Of a stretch of DNA of 64,000 bases, positions 1 through 11,574 are shown in pieces. Each line of letters starts with the position of its first letter. Within the stretch, counting starts at the first letter, position 1. The stretch lies in NCBI GenBank assembly GCA_026026165.1, contig JAPEUD010000023.1:124001-188000 (forward strand). The letters run 5' to 3'. Source of the stretch: Sarea resinae (taxonomy: Eukaryota). Below the pieces are notes generated by a model that was given only the letters and a program-made list of their open reading frames with translations, was not told the origin of the DNA and ran no database searches. The position numbers were made by a program, and so were the translations under genes.

Positions 1-259
1 AATAGTTGGACATGTCTGCGCTGATTGGGCACGATGAGCAGGTCGAAGCACGAGCTTGGTCGTACGTCATGTTGAAACCGAAGCCGTCGCCTCCCATGAT
101 GGCGTGGACATGGGCCGAAACCTCACCAGGTTCAATGATGGGGTCAGCACGTTCTTGAACGAGCGTAGCGGGACATGGCATGCGCCAGAAGGCCTGGGCC
201 GGCGAGGCGAGAGAGACAATCACGCCCAGCGCAAGAGCTTGAATACCGTGAGCATGCAT
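1..259 (-). CDS. DUF1996-family secreted protein, 5' part (runs off the window edge)
   Basis: Not in the ORF track. Manual translation from ATG at 259 gives MHAHGIQALALGVIVSLASPAQA-FWRMPCPATLVQERADPIIEPGEVSAHVHAIMGGDGFGFNMTYDQARASTCSSCPISADMSNY. This is a signal peptide followed by the DPI..PG..S.H.H...GG and C.SC...D.SNY motifs of DUF1996. Confidence 0.9.
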   Translation of the reverse strand, partial: MHAHGIQALALGVIVSLASPAQAFWRMPCPATLVQERADPIIEPGEVSAHVHAIMGGDGFGFNMTYDQARASTCSSCPISADMSNY

Positions 260-3200
260 CTTCGAAAATGGGCTCTCAATTTGATGGGCTCTGTAGGAGT
301 GGCTGGTCTATGTGGTCGAGCTCGGGTCGAGAGTGAAGATGATGCTTGAGGCGAAAAAAAGGGCAGTCGATCAAGACCACGAAAAGAACGAATCAGAAGA
401 GAATGAAGCCAGGCCGAAAAGATTGTGAACGCGTAACAAAGTCGCAGACTCTGCTGCGTGAAAGTAAATGAAAGCGAATGTAGATGCTGGTTGCAGATGA
501 GGAAAGGAAAGAGAGTGCATCCAGATTCGGAAGACGAAGTAGGAGTGGAGGTCGTGGGGTAGATATAACAAAATCCTCAATGTGTCTGGGACCATGCACG
601 CACACATCCACGATCCATGCCATATGCACGGTCTTTTCTTCTTCTCACATCAGTTTCCCCAAATCTTATGAGCTCGCCAAAAAGCTTGAGTTGTTAGAAC
701 GCTGTACAGTAGCATCGGGAATCTAGCCCCTCGATCAAGCCCGTGATGGATTCGTCGTAGTATCTGCAGGCGTATGGGACGCATTTCCCAGGATGCAGTG
801 TGATGCCTGCACCTGTAGGCAGTAGGCATGTAGCATGTGGCAGCAAGCAAATACGCACCGACAGCACCATCAGAGGCAAGACCAGGCCACCACCACCATC
901 ATCATGATCGCCATTTCCATTCAATCTCCGATCCGGGAAACATTGAGAAAACAAAGAATAAGAGCGCAGAGGCGCCCACCTCCGGCTGTTCCACCTTCCC
1001 TTGATCCTTGCATTCTCACACACCTATATGCTGTAGCTGCTATGATTCCTCATCATCTCCCGTCTATGTCCTGAATCAGTCCGCCCTGTTGGACGAGGCG
1101 GGCGTTCCTGGGCGGCTCCGAGTGGGGAATTTCTTTGTGCGGTGGTGGCCAGTTGATCTGGACTAGGCGGGCCACCGTCCGGTAGCTTCGTACCTAAACG
1201 CCTTCTCCGGGAGGGAGGAAACACGGCGGTTTCAAGATCGTCGCCAGATGCACGTGTGGGACCAGGGTCTCTCTCAAGCTACCCGATAGGGTCGATGTGC
1301 GGACTTCCCATGTTGATTCATCTACCAATGTGAGGAATGCGAGCTTCGCAAAAGAGAGTAGCTCGAGAGTGCATACTTCCATTTCGGTCGACGGACGGGG
1401 ATGCAAACCTGCCTCTGTCTGAATTGATCTCTTGCCTTGATCTGCCTTCTCTCACCTCGGGCTACTCGATCCCCATTATTACGCAATGAGTTCCATCATT
1501 CGGTTGCTCGTTGCTCTTCCCTGAGCTTCGTCTGAATGGATCTGGGAGGGTACGCCGAGTAGCTAGGTGTTGTGATACCATATACTCTGGCAGATCACGA
1601 TACTCGCTCTATGAACTAGGGAGCTCGGTCTGCTTTACAACTTTTCCAATGACTTCAACACGGACACAGCAAACATCGAACATCATAGGGGAAGTGTATC
1701 CGTCCGTCCCTGAGCTGTGCGCGACTAGACGCGAGCCTTCCAATGCTGCAGCAAATGCTGCAGCTGCCCGTGTGTCTTGTGCCGAAAAGAGACAGGTACA
1801 GAACAGTGGCAGGGGCACGTCGAGTCGAGTAGCAGCTAACCCCTCAACCAGCGAGGAAACGGACGTAGCCTGTATGCGCGCGGAAAAGTCTGGCCGGATA
1901 TGTCATGCAGCGAAGACGTGGCGCATTGTCTGTGAATCTTGCCGCATAGCGGAAATGATCATAAAGAAAGATTTCGATTTCTCATTTCTCGTCGCGTGTA
2001 GAAACGGAAACAGACAGGGCAGGGCGCGAATCAGGTCGAAGTGGATGTCGAAGTCCTTAATCAATCTGCCGTTTGACGTGTCTCGCCAGTACCGCTAGCC
2101 CCTGACGAGGAACTTCGTAATTCGTACCTGAGATCGCTAGATGGCCCTAGACGGACCCTAGAACAGGCGCTACGAAGTGTACAGTACTCCAGAGTAGGTC
2201 ATCTACCCCCCAATGCATTTAGCTCGACTCTAGAAAACCGCCTGGTCCAGGGGCTCGCAAGCAGAGAAGGCGTCCACTGCAGCACCAATTGGCCCAACTC
2301 TATCTGGCTCTGGATTGAAACGTCCATCAATATCCGGATGATGGGCGACGAAGGGTATATCACCACGATTATTGCATGTTTGTAAATCAATTGCGGCAGA
2401 CTTCTCAGAGGGCATTGAGAGAGACACTTCGGGCACATGCAGTCTCCTTCTCAAGATGGATCTGATATCAACTCCTACTCAGTCCAGCAAATAGCAAACA
2501 CACAGAAACTCCACTTCTTACCGTCTGCCTATGATCGTCTCTATCCCGGATCATGCTGGTGGCAGTAGTGTCGAGCCCTAGACCGGCCTTGAAGCTCTCT
2601 TCTGGCTCGCTCGCTCGCTTCTGGATGGCATCGTAGTGTATCTAGGAGTAGCAGGCAGCTGGTGAAACAATAGCATCTCGTGAAGCAGTGAATCACCCCA
2701 TTGAGGCCGTGAGCGTGGAACTGCTACCACTACAACGTTACTACGATCACAGCTCGTCTACCGACCTCTCTAGAGTTCGACGTTACATAGTCTCGGGCCC
2801 AAGCTCTGATTCTTCTTCTCTTGCAATCAATCGGTCGTAACCATCCTATGAGAGGGGGCACCAATGATCGGGCTGGCGTAGGTCATTCGATGAGCAGAAA
2901 GGTCTGTGATGCTTTGCTCAACAACTTACAGAAAAGCAAAATGGCCGCCGGGCTTCTAGACCTGGTCCCGTTTTCGTCTCAGCTTGGATCCCGAAAGAAA
3001 GCCATGTTGAGTCGGAACGATCCCGATGGCGCCGAGATGAGCCGACGCCCTGCCATGGGTCTTAGGTCATCGAAGGTCTGAATTGCCTTCATCATCACCA
3101 TGTGTAGCTGACCTTTTGTCATGTGGTCACTTCATGGACTAGTAAGATAAACATTACCGCGATCAGGATATCGTTGTATCAATGGTGCGAGCCTAAAATA

Positions 3201-3416
3201 TGGAATTGCTGAGACGCTCCAGGGCTGTGCCGCAAAGTCGGTCCAGCAATGTAGCTATCTGCCATCTTACTTGTCCGCAAAGTGAGCGTGGAGAAGGACA
3301 GGACAGGACAGGACAAGACAGCACGCTGAGAGAGGGCGTGCGTGCATGCCTGGGGCAAAAAGCCAAAGTCAAATTCCAAAGTAAGTTCCCTCCTGTCCTA
3401 TCTCTGTCCGCTGCAC

Positions 3417-4137
3417 AGGTTTGGGTCCTCTTAACTATTGCAAGACCCGGGTAAACCTTGACGCGCGCGCTTCCTCTTTCCGTGGCGTCGGGCTGCGTGG
3501 CTTGAAGAGGGGCGACTGAGGGGGTGGGGGGGAAGTACTATTATGTAGATGAAAGCCGAGCATCTCTGGTCTTCCACCATTGTCGGGCATATTAAGTACG
3601 ATTCAGCTATCTTCCACGAGATTTTGAAATTTGCATTGAAATGCAGAAAAATCTATGTGGCCGTATCTGCCTATCAGTCACACCTCAATCTAAATGATGC
3701 CAACCTAAGCTCGCTGGTCTACCTTACCTCTCTTTCCCTGGCACGCATTACCGCGCGCCTTGTGGATTGTTGACAAAGATGTTTATCCCAAAAGGCTGGC
3801 GAATTATTCCACAGGTCGAGCCCGCTGCACCTCGAACACAGCAGCGGCGCCCTCAACGCCTCGGGAGCACCTGGGGTCGCACCGAACTTCTCACGGCCCC
3901 GGGGCCCGAAGCGGCCGAGAGAGGGGAGGGACGGGGAGAGACGGGCGTACCGCACTCCCATCTCATCTGACAGGATTAATGTCTCAGATAAGCCTTACTG
4001 ATAGTTCAAGTCGGTCTTTTGGGATGAGGGGCATTCAAAAGTCTGGACCGCTTTTTGTTTCTCCCTCAAAACCCGTCCTTCGGCCTTCATCTTTATTCCC
4101 CGAGACAGTGGGATTGTGGAGAAACCGGGGAAAGCGG
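3417..4137 (+). ncRNA. Candidate structured non-coding RNA of unknown class (boundaries uncertain)
   Basis: Run of helices that rely on G-U pairs on the + strand, including a 17-bp helix 3783-3799/4011-4027. No credible ORF. Confidence 0.45.
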
Positions 4138-5158
4138 CGACGGTTTTGCCCCGCCTATGCACAACGTTTGGAGTGCGCGTGATGCAGCTTTTGCTTTGAA
4201 TCTTCTATTCTTTCTTGGGGTCGTGGAAGAACAGACATGATATGAAGTCCGTCGACGGTTTCGAGGCTTCACTTCCACTCACTTGCTTGCCGGGGAACTC
4301 GGAAGCCTGTCCGGAGCTCGAGAAACGCGAATGCTATGAGTTGAGTCTCAGCCATTAGCAGTCTCCGTTATCGCTTCAAGCGACCGAGAAAGAAAGGCGA
4401 GAGGTTGAAATAGCGGCGCTCAAGGCGACAGAGAGGCGCACAGAGGAGTAAGGGCCCTGTTTGGGTCCAGCGCTGGGGGACAAGATGAATAAGTCGAAAC
4501 CCAAATTCGGGCTTCTGAGTCTTCCCTCGACTCGCACTTCCAAGTGGGAATCGGAACATGGCTTGCAACAGACACACAAGGGAACGCTGTATCCTTGGAG
4601 ATGATTCGGTCAATTGTAGCTTGATACGCAGTAGCTCCGTCGGTCAGCCGGTCTGCAAACCTCAGGTTCATGTGAAGAAAATTCAAAAAAAAAGCTTATG
4701 ATATCGGCGAAATCCTTGGGACGAATGTAAAGTCACAAATACACCTTCATCCCACCATTGCAATAATCACAGACCCGGAGCTTGAATGTCTAAGAAGCGG
4801 TGAGTAAGCCAGAAGCCACCCCCGCTCCCAGATCCGAGCAGCTGGGAAGTGAAGACGTAGGAAGATTCCCATAACGAATGGAGTAAGCGGAGCGAGGCAT
4901 GTATACAAATGTCGACTGAGTGTGTGAGAGGAGCTTTAGCAGGCCGGATGCATATCTAGAATTTCACTTCAAGCTAGATCAGTCGTTCCGGTCGACGTGT
5001 AATAAGATCATACCACAGGAGATATTGACATGTTTGAGACGTATCATTTTATTTAGCACACCGATCAACTAGCAAGAAGAAGTCAATCCTACCAAACGCC
5101 AGCCGAATTCCATCTAGATGAATCATTTTCTTCACTTCCAGACCCCCAGACCACCCCC

Positions 5159-5982
5159 TCAAGCAGCAGCATCATCGTCGACGTCCATCTCTCCCTCCAC
5201 TTTCCTCCCCGCCTTCGTCTTCTTCCATCGTGCCACTCTCCTCTTGAGATCACCCTCGGCCTGCTGCATTGGGTTTAATTTGCGGTCCCTCACCATCTTT
5301 CCAAAATCATCCCCATATTTCTCCACCAGTCTCTCTACCCACTCCTCCTCCCTCGCACTCTGTTTCCTTGGTGCCTTCCGCACACCCTTCCTTGCCTGCC
5401 GCTCCAGCTCTGCTACAATTCCCGTAGGTGCAGATGCGGCACCAATGGCACCGTCGGAGGTGCGATTGACAATCACGTCTGTGTCTTCTGTGACATCGTT
5501 CAAGGGGTCGTTGAGCGGGTTGGGGTTTGGGGGAGGACTGTCGTGGATGACGCGTAAGATGGCGCCAGTGGTTGGGTCCCGCTCGATGCGGGCTGTGCCG
5601 GGGGTGAGAGTCGAGGGAAATGCAGAGGAGATGGTAAGGGCGTCGGAGGGAGCTGGAGCGGTTGCGGAGGCTGTAGCCGGGTCCTTCTCGATGCCGCCAG
5701 TTGACCGATTGAGCTTGGCGGTCAGGCCCAGACGGCGGTAGTTTTGCGATAGAGTCTCGTTTTGTCGCCTATGAGGGGTCTGTTAACTCTGAAAACTCAT
5801 GAGAGGAAAGGGGCGAGAGGTGAAAAGAAGAAGGCGAAAATATTGTCTGCGGGCGCGAGCGCAACTTACCAATTGGCTGCGATGATAGGATTTCCTAGGA
5901 CGTTGAGCTTCTTGGACTTTGGCTTGCGCCTGACCTTGGGTATCGACGAGCGATTCTTTTTCTTCTGGAGTTCTCTGCCCAT
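5159..5982 (-). CDS. NOP16: Ribosome biogenesis protein Nop16
   Basis: Exons 5982-5870 and 5768-5159 (GTAAGT...TAG intron). MGRELQKKKNRSS...GNPIIAANW-RQNETLSQNYRRLGL, with C-terminal RLVEKYGDDFGKMVRDRKLNPMQQ. Confidence 0.95.
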
Positions 5983-6252
5983 GGCTTCGTTCGAAGTCGT
6001 GAATTGGGATGGATGCGGAGAGTTCAAATGCTCTCGCAGGTGGAATAACGAGTATGCAGAGATAATTAGGATGTTGCACTTCGTTAACGTTTTTTGTGTT
6101 TGCATCTGTTTGCATTGGCCCGCAACCGATAACCTTAGATAATCTCCTCCCACTCGGTACGTACCTGTACTCTGCACAATTCCGTCACATCGAGGAGTCC
6201 ATCCATCCCTTAACCGCCCGAAGAGACCAGACAATAACAACAACATCACAAG

Positions 6253-7856
6253 ATGCCTCGCCTCTCCTTGCGCCCATCCGGGCGATCATTGCTCGTCTTC
6301 ACTGTCCTGTTCCTCATCGCAGTGCATGCAGTGGCGGGAGAGAAAGTCTCAGGAGGTCTCCCAGTTGGCCAATTGACCGTCCCCGAAATCGAGGAGAAGC
6401 TTCAGGTACAGTGCTATCATGAACCCAAACCCCCTCCCCTCTTCAACACGAGAAGGGCCGAGCGCATAGAATCATGCAATGCGAATTTGTGCCTAGGTAG
6501 TCAAGAGAAAGGACCCAAGCTGAAGATCGACCATTCTAGGAATGTCCGTTGGTCCAATCTCTAAACCAACACAAAGTGCAAACCAACCCGCAGACTTCCA
6601 GCATCACCTCGCGCCTCTTCGCCGTACTCTTCCCCGGCAGTGCCGCCGTCAACTCCCTACTAGCCACGCTCTATATCTCCGGTCCTCCAAGTGCGTTCCG
6701 TTAAGCCAATGCCAAACTCGTATCAATCTGTCTCCCCGGCCGGCTAATCGCTCTCGTGTGGCCTAGATTTCCTCCTGGCGCTATGTCCTCCAAACATAGA
6801 CCCCTCCTCCCTATCAGTCATGGTCGCCTTTGCCGTCGGCGGGCTTCTAGGAGACACATTGTTCCACCTCCTCCCGGAGATATTCCTCGGTGAAGACAGC
6901 CCCGAACACGTCCGCTTCGTCATGGTCGAGCCCAATAAGAATCTCCTTCTGGGCGTCGCCATCATGGTCGGATTCATCACGTTCGTGGCCATGGACAAGA
7001 CCCTAAGAATCGCCACTGGTGGAGCCGGCGGACACGATCACGGCCACGCTCATTCCCACGATCATGACGAGAAACCAAGCGACGAAACCAATTCCTCCAA
7101 GGGCAAGACATCCTCTTTAGAAGCCAGCGCTTCGCCGTCCTCGTCCAAATCTCGAAAGAACAAATCCAAATCTCCAGCACCCAAACCCTCGCCCAGTCCC
7201 TCTACTTCCACGGCTAAGCCCAACGACCCATCCGCCTCCGTAAAGCTCGGCGGCCTGCTCAACCTCATAGCAGACTTCACACATAACATCACTGACGGGC
7301 TCGCGCTCTCGTCCTCATTCTACGCCTCGCCCACCATCGGCGCCACCACGACCGTCGCCGTCTTCTTCCACGAGATCCCGCACGAAGTAGGCGACTTTGC
7401 GCTCCTGGTCCAATCCGGATTCTCCAAAAAGGCAGCCATGGGCGCGCAATTCGTCACAGCCGTCGGCGCATTCCTGGGCACGTTCATCGGCATCGCGGTC
7501 CAGGAGTTCGGGGGAAACAGCAGTAGCAGTGTCGAGGGCGCAGCAGCGGGCACAGCAGGAGCGGGACTCCTGGGTACGAGTCTCAGCTGGGGCGACCTCC
7601 TGCTTCCCTTCACCGCCGGCACCTTCCTCTACGTCGGCACCGTCAGCGTCATCCCCGAATTGCTCGAGACTTCGGGATCCGGGACCGGGCCCGAGGTGCG
7701 CAAGACGCTGTACCAGTTCGTGGCCATGGCCGCCGGAGCCGCCATCATGCTTGCGTATGTATCCCTTCTGACCCCTTGTTTCCGACTCTCTACAAAGCAC
7801 CAATGGCTGACTTCACGTGTGCGTGCGTCTGTGTATGCAGGATCTCGTGGTCGTGA
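6253..7856 (+). CDS. YKE4: ZIP-family zinc transporter, ZIP7/Yke4 (LIV-1) type
   Basis: Exons 6253-6405, 6540-6689, 6767-7754, 7841-7856. Motifs FAVGGLLGDTLFHLLPE, His-rich loop, NLIADFTHNITDGLAL and HEIPHEVGDFALL. Confidence 0.93.
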
Positions 7857-8685
7857 TCTCCCCTCCTTATTCTTACTTGCTCTCTAAGCGGGTTTTCTAC
7901 CCCTCCATTCATCCGCATATTCTCCTCGTGTCAAAAGATATAAAACCATTAAAAGTACGATACTAGAGATAGATGTATAGATAATACCACGGAAGCGAGA
8001 CCATCTTTCCGAATCTCCGCGAGCCCATCATTACTATCTCACCCTACTACATACTCAACTCATACTCATACAACATGCGCATTCGGTCATGAGACGACCT
8101 TTACATCTCATCACATAGAATGAACAACCTTCACTCAATATCAATCACACATTTCTCGCGATGCAAACTTCCTAAATCACTATCGACAACCCATCTCATC
8201 TAAAATCAAGTATATGTAAAAAAAAATCATCCAATATATTATTTTCTCTTTAAAAAAAACCCAGTCTATGAATACATCCCAGATTCCATTAAGTGACAGA
8301 GAGAGAGAGAGAGAGCGACTGATATGAAATAAGAAGATAAGAGTAAAATTAAACATTAGAAAGCAGCCATAGAGTGTTGTGCTTTGGGAGGTTTCTGAGA
8401 TTTTCGTCGAGGTGCGTACGCCTCCAGCCGGGGACTGCTTTGCTTTGCTTTGCTTTGCCTTGCCTTGAGTTGCCAAAGGAAAATAAGGAAATGCGGGCTG
8501 AGTGAGAAAAGAGAAAAGCCCAACCAAGGAAATGCGACCGAGTAGCGAGATGCTTGAACCGCTAGATAGCTGGCTAGCTGGCAGGATGAGGTTGTATGAA
8601 ACCACCACTGCTGCCAGAAAGAGAGAGAGAGAGAGAGAGAGATCGATAAGGTGGAAAAAGAATATTTCCAATCTCACACTCCCAC

Positions 8686-10317
8686 TCACAGGAAAGCGAC
8701 GACAACGGCACCAACGAGAGCCATGGCGCTGCCGACCTTGGGCATAGCGGCTCCGCCAGTGAATTCTGGCATGGAGCTTTCGGTAGCGGTGGGAGACGCG
8801 ACGGTGCCTGATGTAGGCGCCTCGGTCCCGCCGGGGGCAGGTGCTGTGGAGGCCTCGCCCGGAGCAGCGGTCTCGCCCGGAGCAGCGGTCTCGCCCGGAG
8901 CAGCAGTCTCGCCGGGAACAGATGCTGTTGAAGCCTCACCTGGGGCAGCGGTCTCGCCTGGTGCGGCAGTCGCTGTCTCGCCAGGCGCAGCGGTCTCGGT
9001 CTCGCCTGGAGCGACAGTCGCTGTTTCGCCTGGCAAGACGGTTGAACCGCCAGGAAGAACAGTGGTTTCGCCGGGAAGGACGGTAGTACCTCCTGGAAGG
9101 ACGGTGGTACTACCTGGAAGGACTGTGGTCTCGCCAGGCAGGATGGTGGTGCCACCAGGGAGAACAGTGGTGCCGCCGGGAAGGGTGGTAGTCAAGCCTG
9201 TTGCGACGGTGACTGAGCCGGGGAGGACTGTGGTTGAGCCCGGTAGGACTGTCGTACCGCCTGGTAGAACTGTGGTCTCGCCAGGTAGCACTGTGGTTCC
9301 ACCCGGAAGGACAGTCGTTCCGCCTGGAAGGACAGTTGCTCCGCCAGGGAGAGTGGTGGTCAAACCTGTCGGGACAGTAGTTCCGCCAGGTAGGACTGTG
9401 GTCTCGCCAGGCAGGACAGTGGTTCCGCCGGGTAGAACGGTAGTTCCCCCTGGCAAGACAGTTGTCCCACCCGGAAGGACGGTGACAGGAATAACAGTAG
9501 TACTCGGTATCGAGGTCACCACTCCAGAGGACGTTGTTGGTATGGTCACAACCTCGGTAAAGTTCGACGGGATCGGGAACGGGACACTGCTCGTGCCGAC
9601 GGAAGATGGGGGGCAGGTAGTAGTGATAATCGTAGTACTACCGTTTGGCAAAACTGAGGTCAATGTTGTCTTCGTCTTCGTCTTGATCGTGGTAATGACC
9701 GTAGTGGAGTTGGTTCCAGGGATGACTGAAGTGATTGTGGCATTGCCAGCGGAGGTTATGGTGCCCGTGGAGAAAACGGATGTTTTCTTGGTCTTGGTCG
9801 TAGTAGCATTAGTTGGCAAGATTGACGTCGAGTTAATGGTGACAGTAATAGTGCTAGAGGGCTTAGACTTTGGCGGCTTGGTGGTCGCATTGGTTGAGAA
9901 GATAGAGCCCGTCGAAAATCCCGAGGACGGCTTAGACTTTGGCGGCTTGGTGGTCGCATTCGTTGAGAAGATAGAGCCTGTGGAGAACCCCGAGGACGGT
10001 GACGACTTTGGCGGCTTGGTTGTCGAGTTCTTTGAGAAAGAAGGGGAGCCTGAGATCGAAGAGGTAGAGGTTCCGGGGAAGGAAGTCGTCGAATTGCTCG
10101 AGATGATCGGAGCTGATGAAACCGTGGAGGTTAAGATCGATGTTGGATAGACGAAAGTGGTCGTATTTCCTGAAACTGGAAACCCGCCAGAGGAACTATC
10201 AAAGCATCAGTAACGAGCGCCATATCAAGTCCCGCGAAGAAAATGAAGCGCTTACCCCTGGGCGGAAACGAGCGAGACCCAGCCGACCACAACGGTCACA
10301 GCAGCGAGGGACTTCAT
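8686..10317 (-). CDS. GPI-anchored Ser/Thr/Pro-rich cell-surface repeat protein (adhesin-like)
   Basis: Signal-peptide exon [21 protein letters not shown] from 10317, intron about 10255-10196, then a long exon with many N-x-S/T sites and TTVLPGG/E and TAAPGE repeats. C-terminal [25 protein letters not shown] is a typical GPI signal. Confidence 0.9.
8840..9483 (-). repeat. Coding tandem repeats: 21-bp TTVLPG(G/E) units followed by 18-24-bp TAAPGE units
   Basis: Visible in the translation. Codons vary between units while the peptide is conserved. Confidence 0.9.
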
Positions 10318-11574
10318 GGTAGAGCAGGAAACGTGAAGGTTCTTCCGGTAGCAGTAATCGCCGTGGTGATGGTAGTTGCAATTGATAGACGGACCGTACT
10401 GTTGAGACGCGATTTCCTTTCTCCGGTACGTCTCTTACTCAATCAGAAGTTCAAACGAGCGTGTCTTCTTGGTGGAGCAACAGCGAATGTAATGCCGACT
10501 AGGTGTAGAAATTTGCCAAAAGAATCCGAAGACCTCGAGGGGAGGGGGCGATTTTAACATCGTCCTCCTGCCAGCGCTTTGGTAGCGGCCCAGCTCCAGT
10601 CTGGACCAAGATGCTACATCATGAGGAAGAAAAAACGCCATCCTCTTCAAAGTTTGGTGGTGATATTGCAGCTCACTTGCCGGCCTCTGAGTTTGCTCAT
10701 CGTTCATCCCCTTGAGCAGTGAGCCATTATTCCTCATTCGACGCAAATTAGTCCCTTGGAAGTAGTTGAGCTGTTTAGACAGAGGTTGAGCCCAAGCGCA
10801 GGGGGCAATGCGATCGAATCACTAGAGTGTTCGAGCAACGAGCAACCCTCTATACTCCATGGGGCATCCGGACTAACTTGGCTGAGGCTGGATCTTTGCG
10901 GTGGCCGTGGTTCACGGCGGGCGCTTCCCGTCAATTGGATTGCCGCCACCGCTCCGACCTGATGTATTTGGAGGCATTGTTCAGTGCGATGCTCTAGATT
11001 AGTTGGATCTAAATGAGATGATTGCGAGATCTGAGAGGGAAGTTCGTCGAGATCAATAGGGCTAGACCGAAAGGGTGCTTAGGGAGAGGGGACGAGGGGA
11101 GAACGAGGGGAGAACGAGGTGGGAACGCGGTCGATTAGTCGGTACTTGGGGACCGTTAGAGCGGCCACTAAACCGACCGCAGTAGACTCGACCGTGGTCC
11201 AGATTAGCATCCGCCCCGCTCCTCTCTCTGTGTCGCTTCGCCTCCGCTTTCCCTGCTCCACCGCCCTCCCGCTACGCTACCGCCGCCGCTCTATTCTGCG
11301 TAGTACCCAAGTCTCCGCCTCCTGCGCAGTAGGCCAGCATCGTTCCCGCCTCCCTGCCTCCCCGCCTCTCGCTTGATCCCCCTCCCCCGATCTATCTACT
11401 CTATTGCGCGCAGGGCAAGTGAGGAGCGGGGTGGATCGACCTCTATCCGTACTTTACGTTACTAATCTGCTCGACAGCTTGCTGTAAATACTCTCTCATC
11501 CATATCATCCTTCTCACTTTACGATATAATTCTGCTCATCTCTGACTGATCATCTCCAACTCCAATCCGCCGTC

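Noticed and set aside
1511..2098. 195-aa + strand ORF
   Set aside because: Non-ATG start, no motif and a composition typical of intergenic sequence.
2101..2122. Hammerhead ribozyme core (CTGACGAG...)
   Set aside because: The required GAAA is GTAA and flanking stems are not evident.
3760..4520. SRP RNA or RNase P/MRP identity for the structured region
   Set aside because: No convincing SRP helix-8 motif or canonical P4 CR-I/CR-V pair. Partial matches near 4244, 4293 and 4496 are not in canonical form.
8651..10150. 499-aa + strand ORF with PPGRTVV repeats
   Set aside because: Antisense mirror of the GPI repeat protein. The minus strand has the signal peptide, intron and GPI signal.
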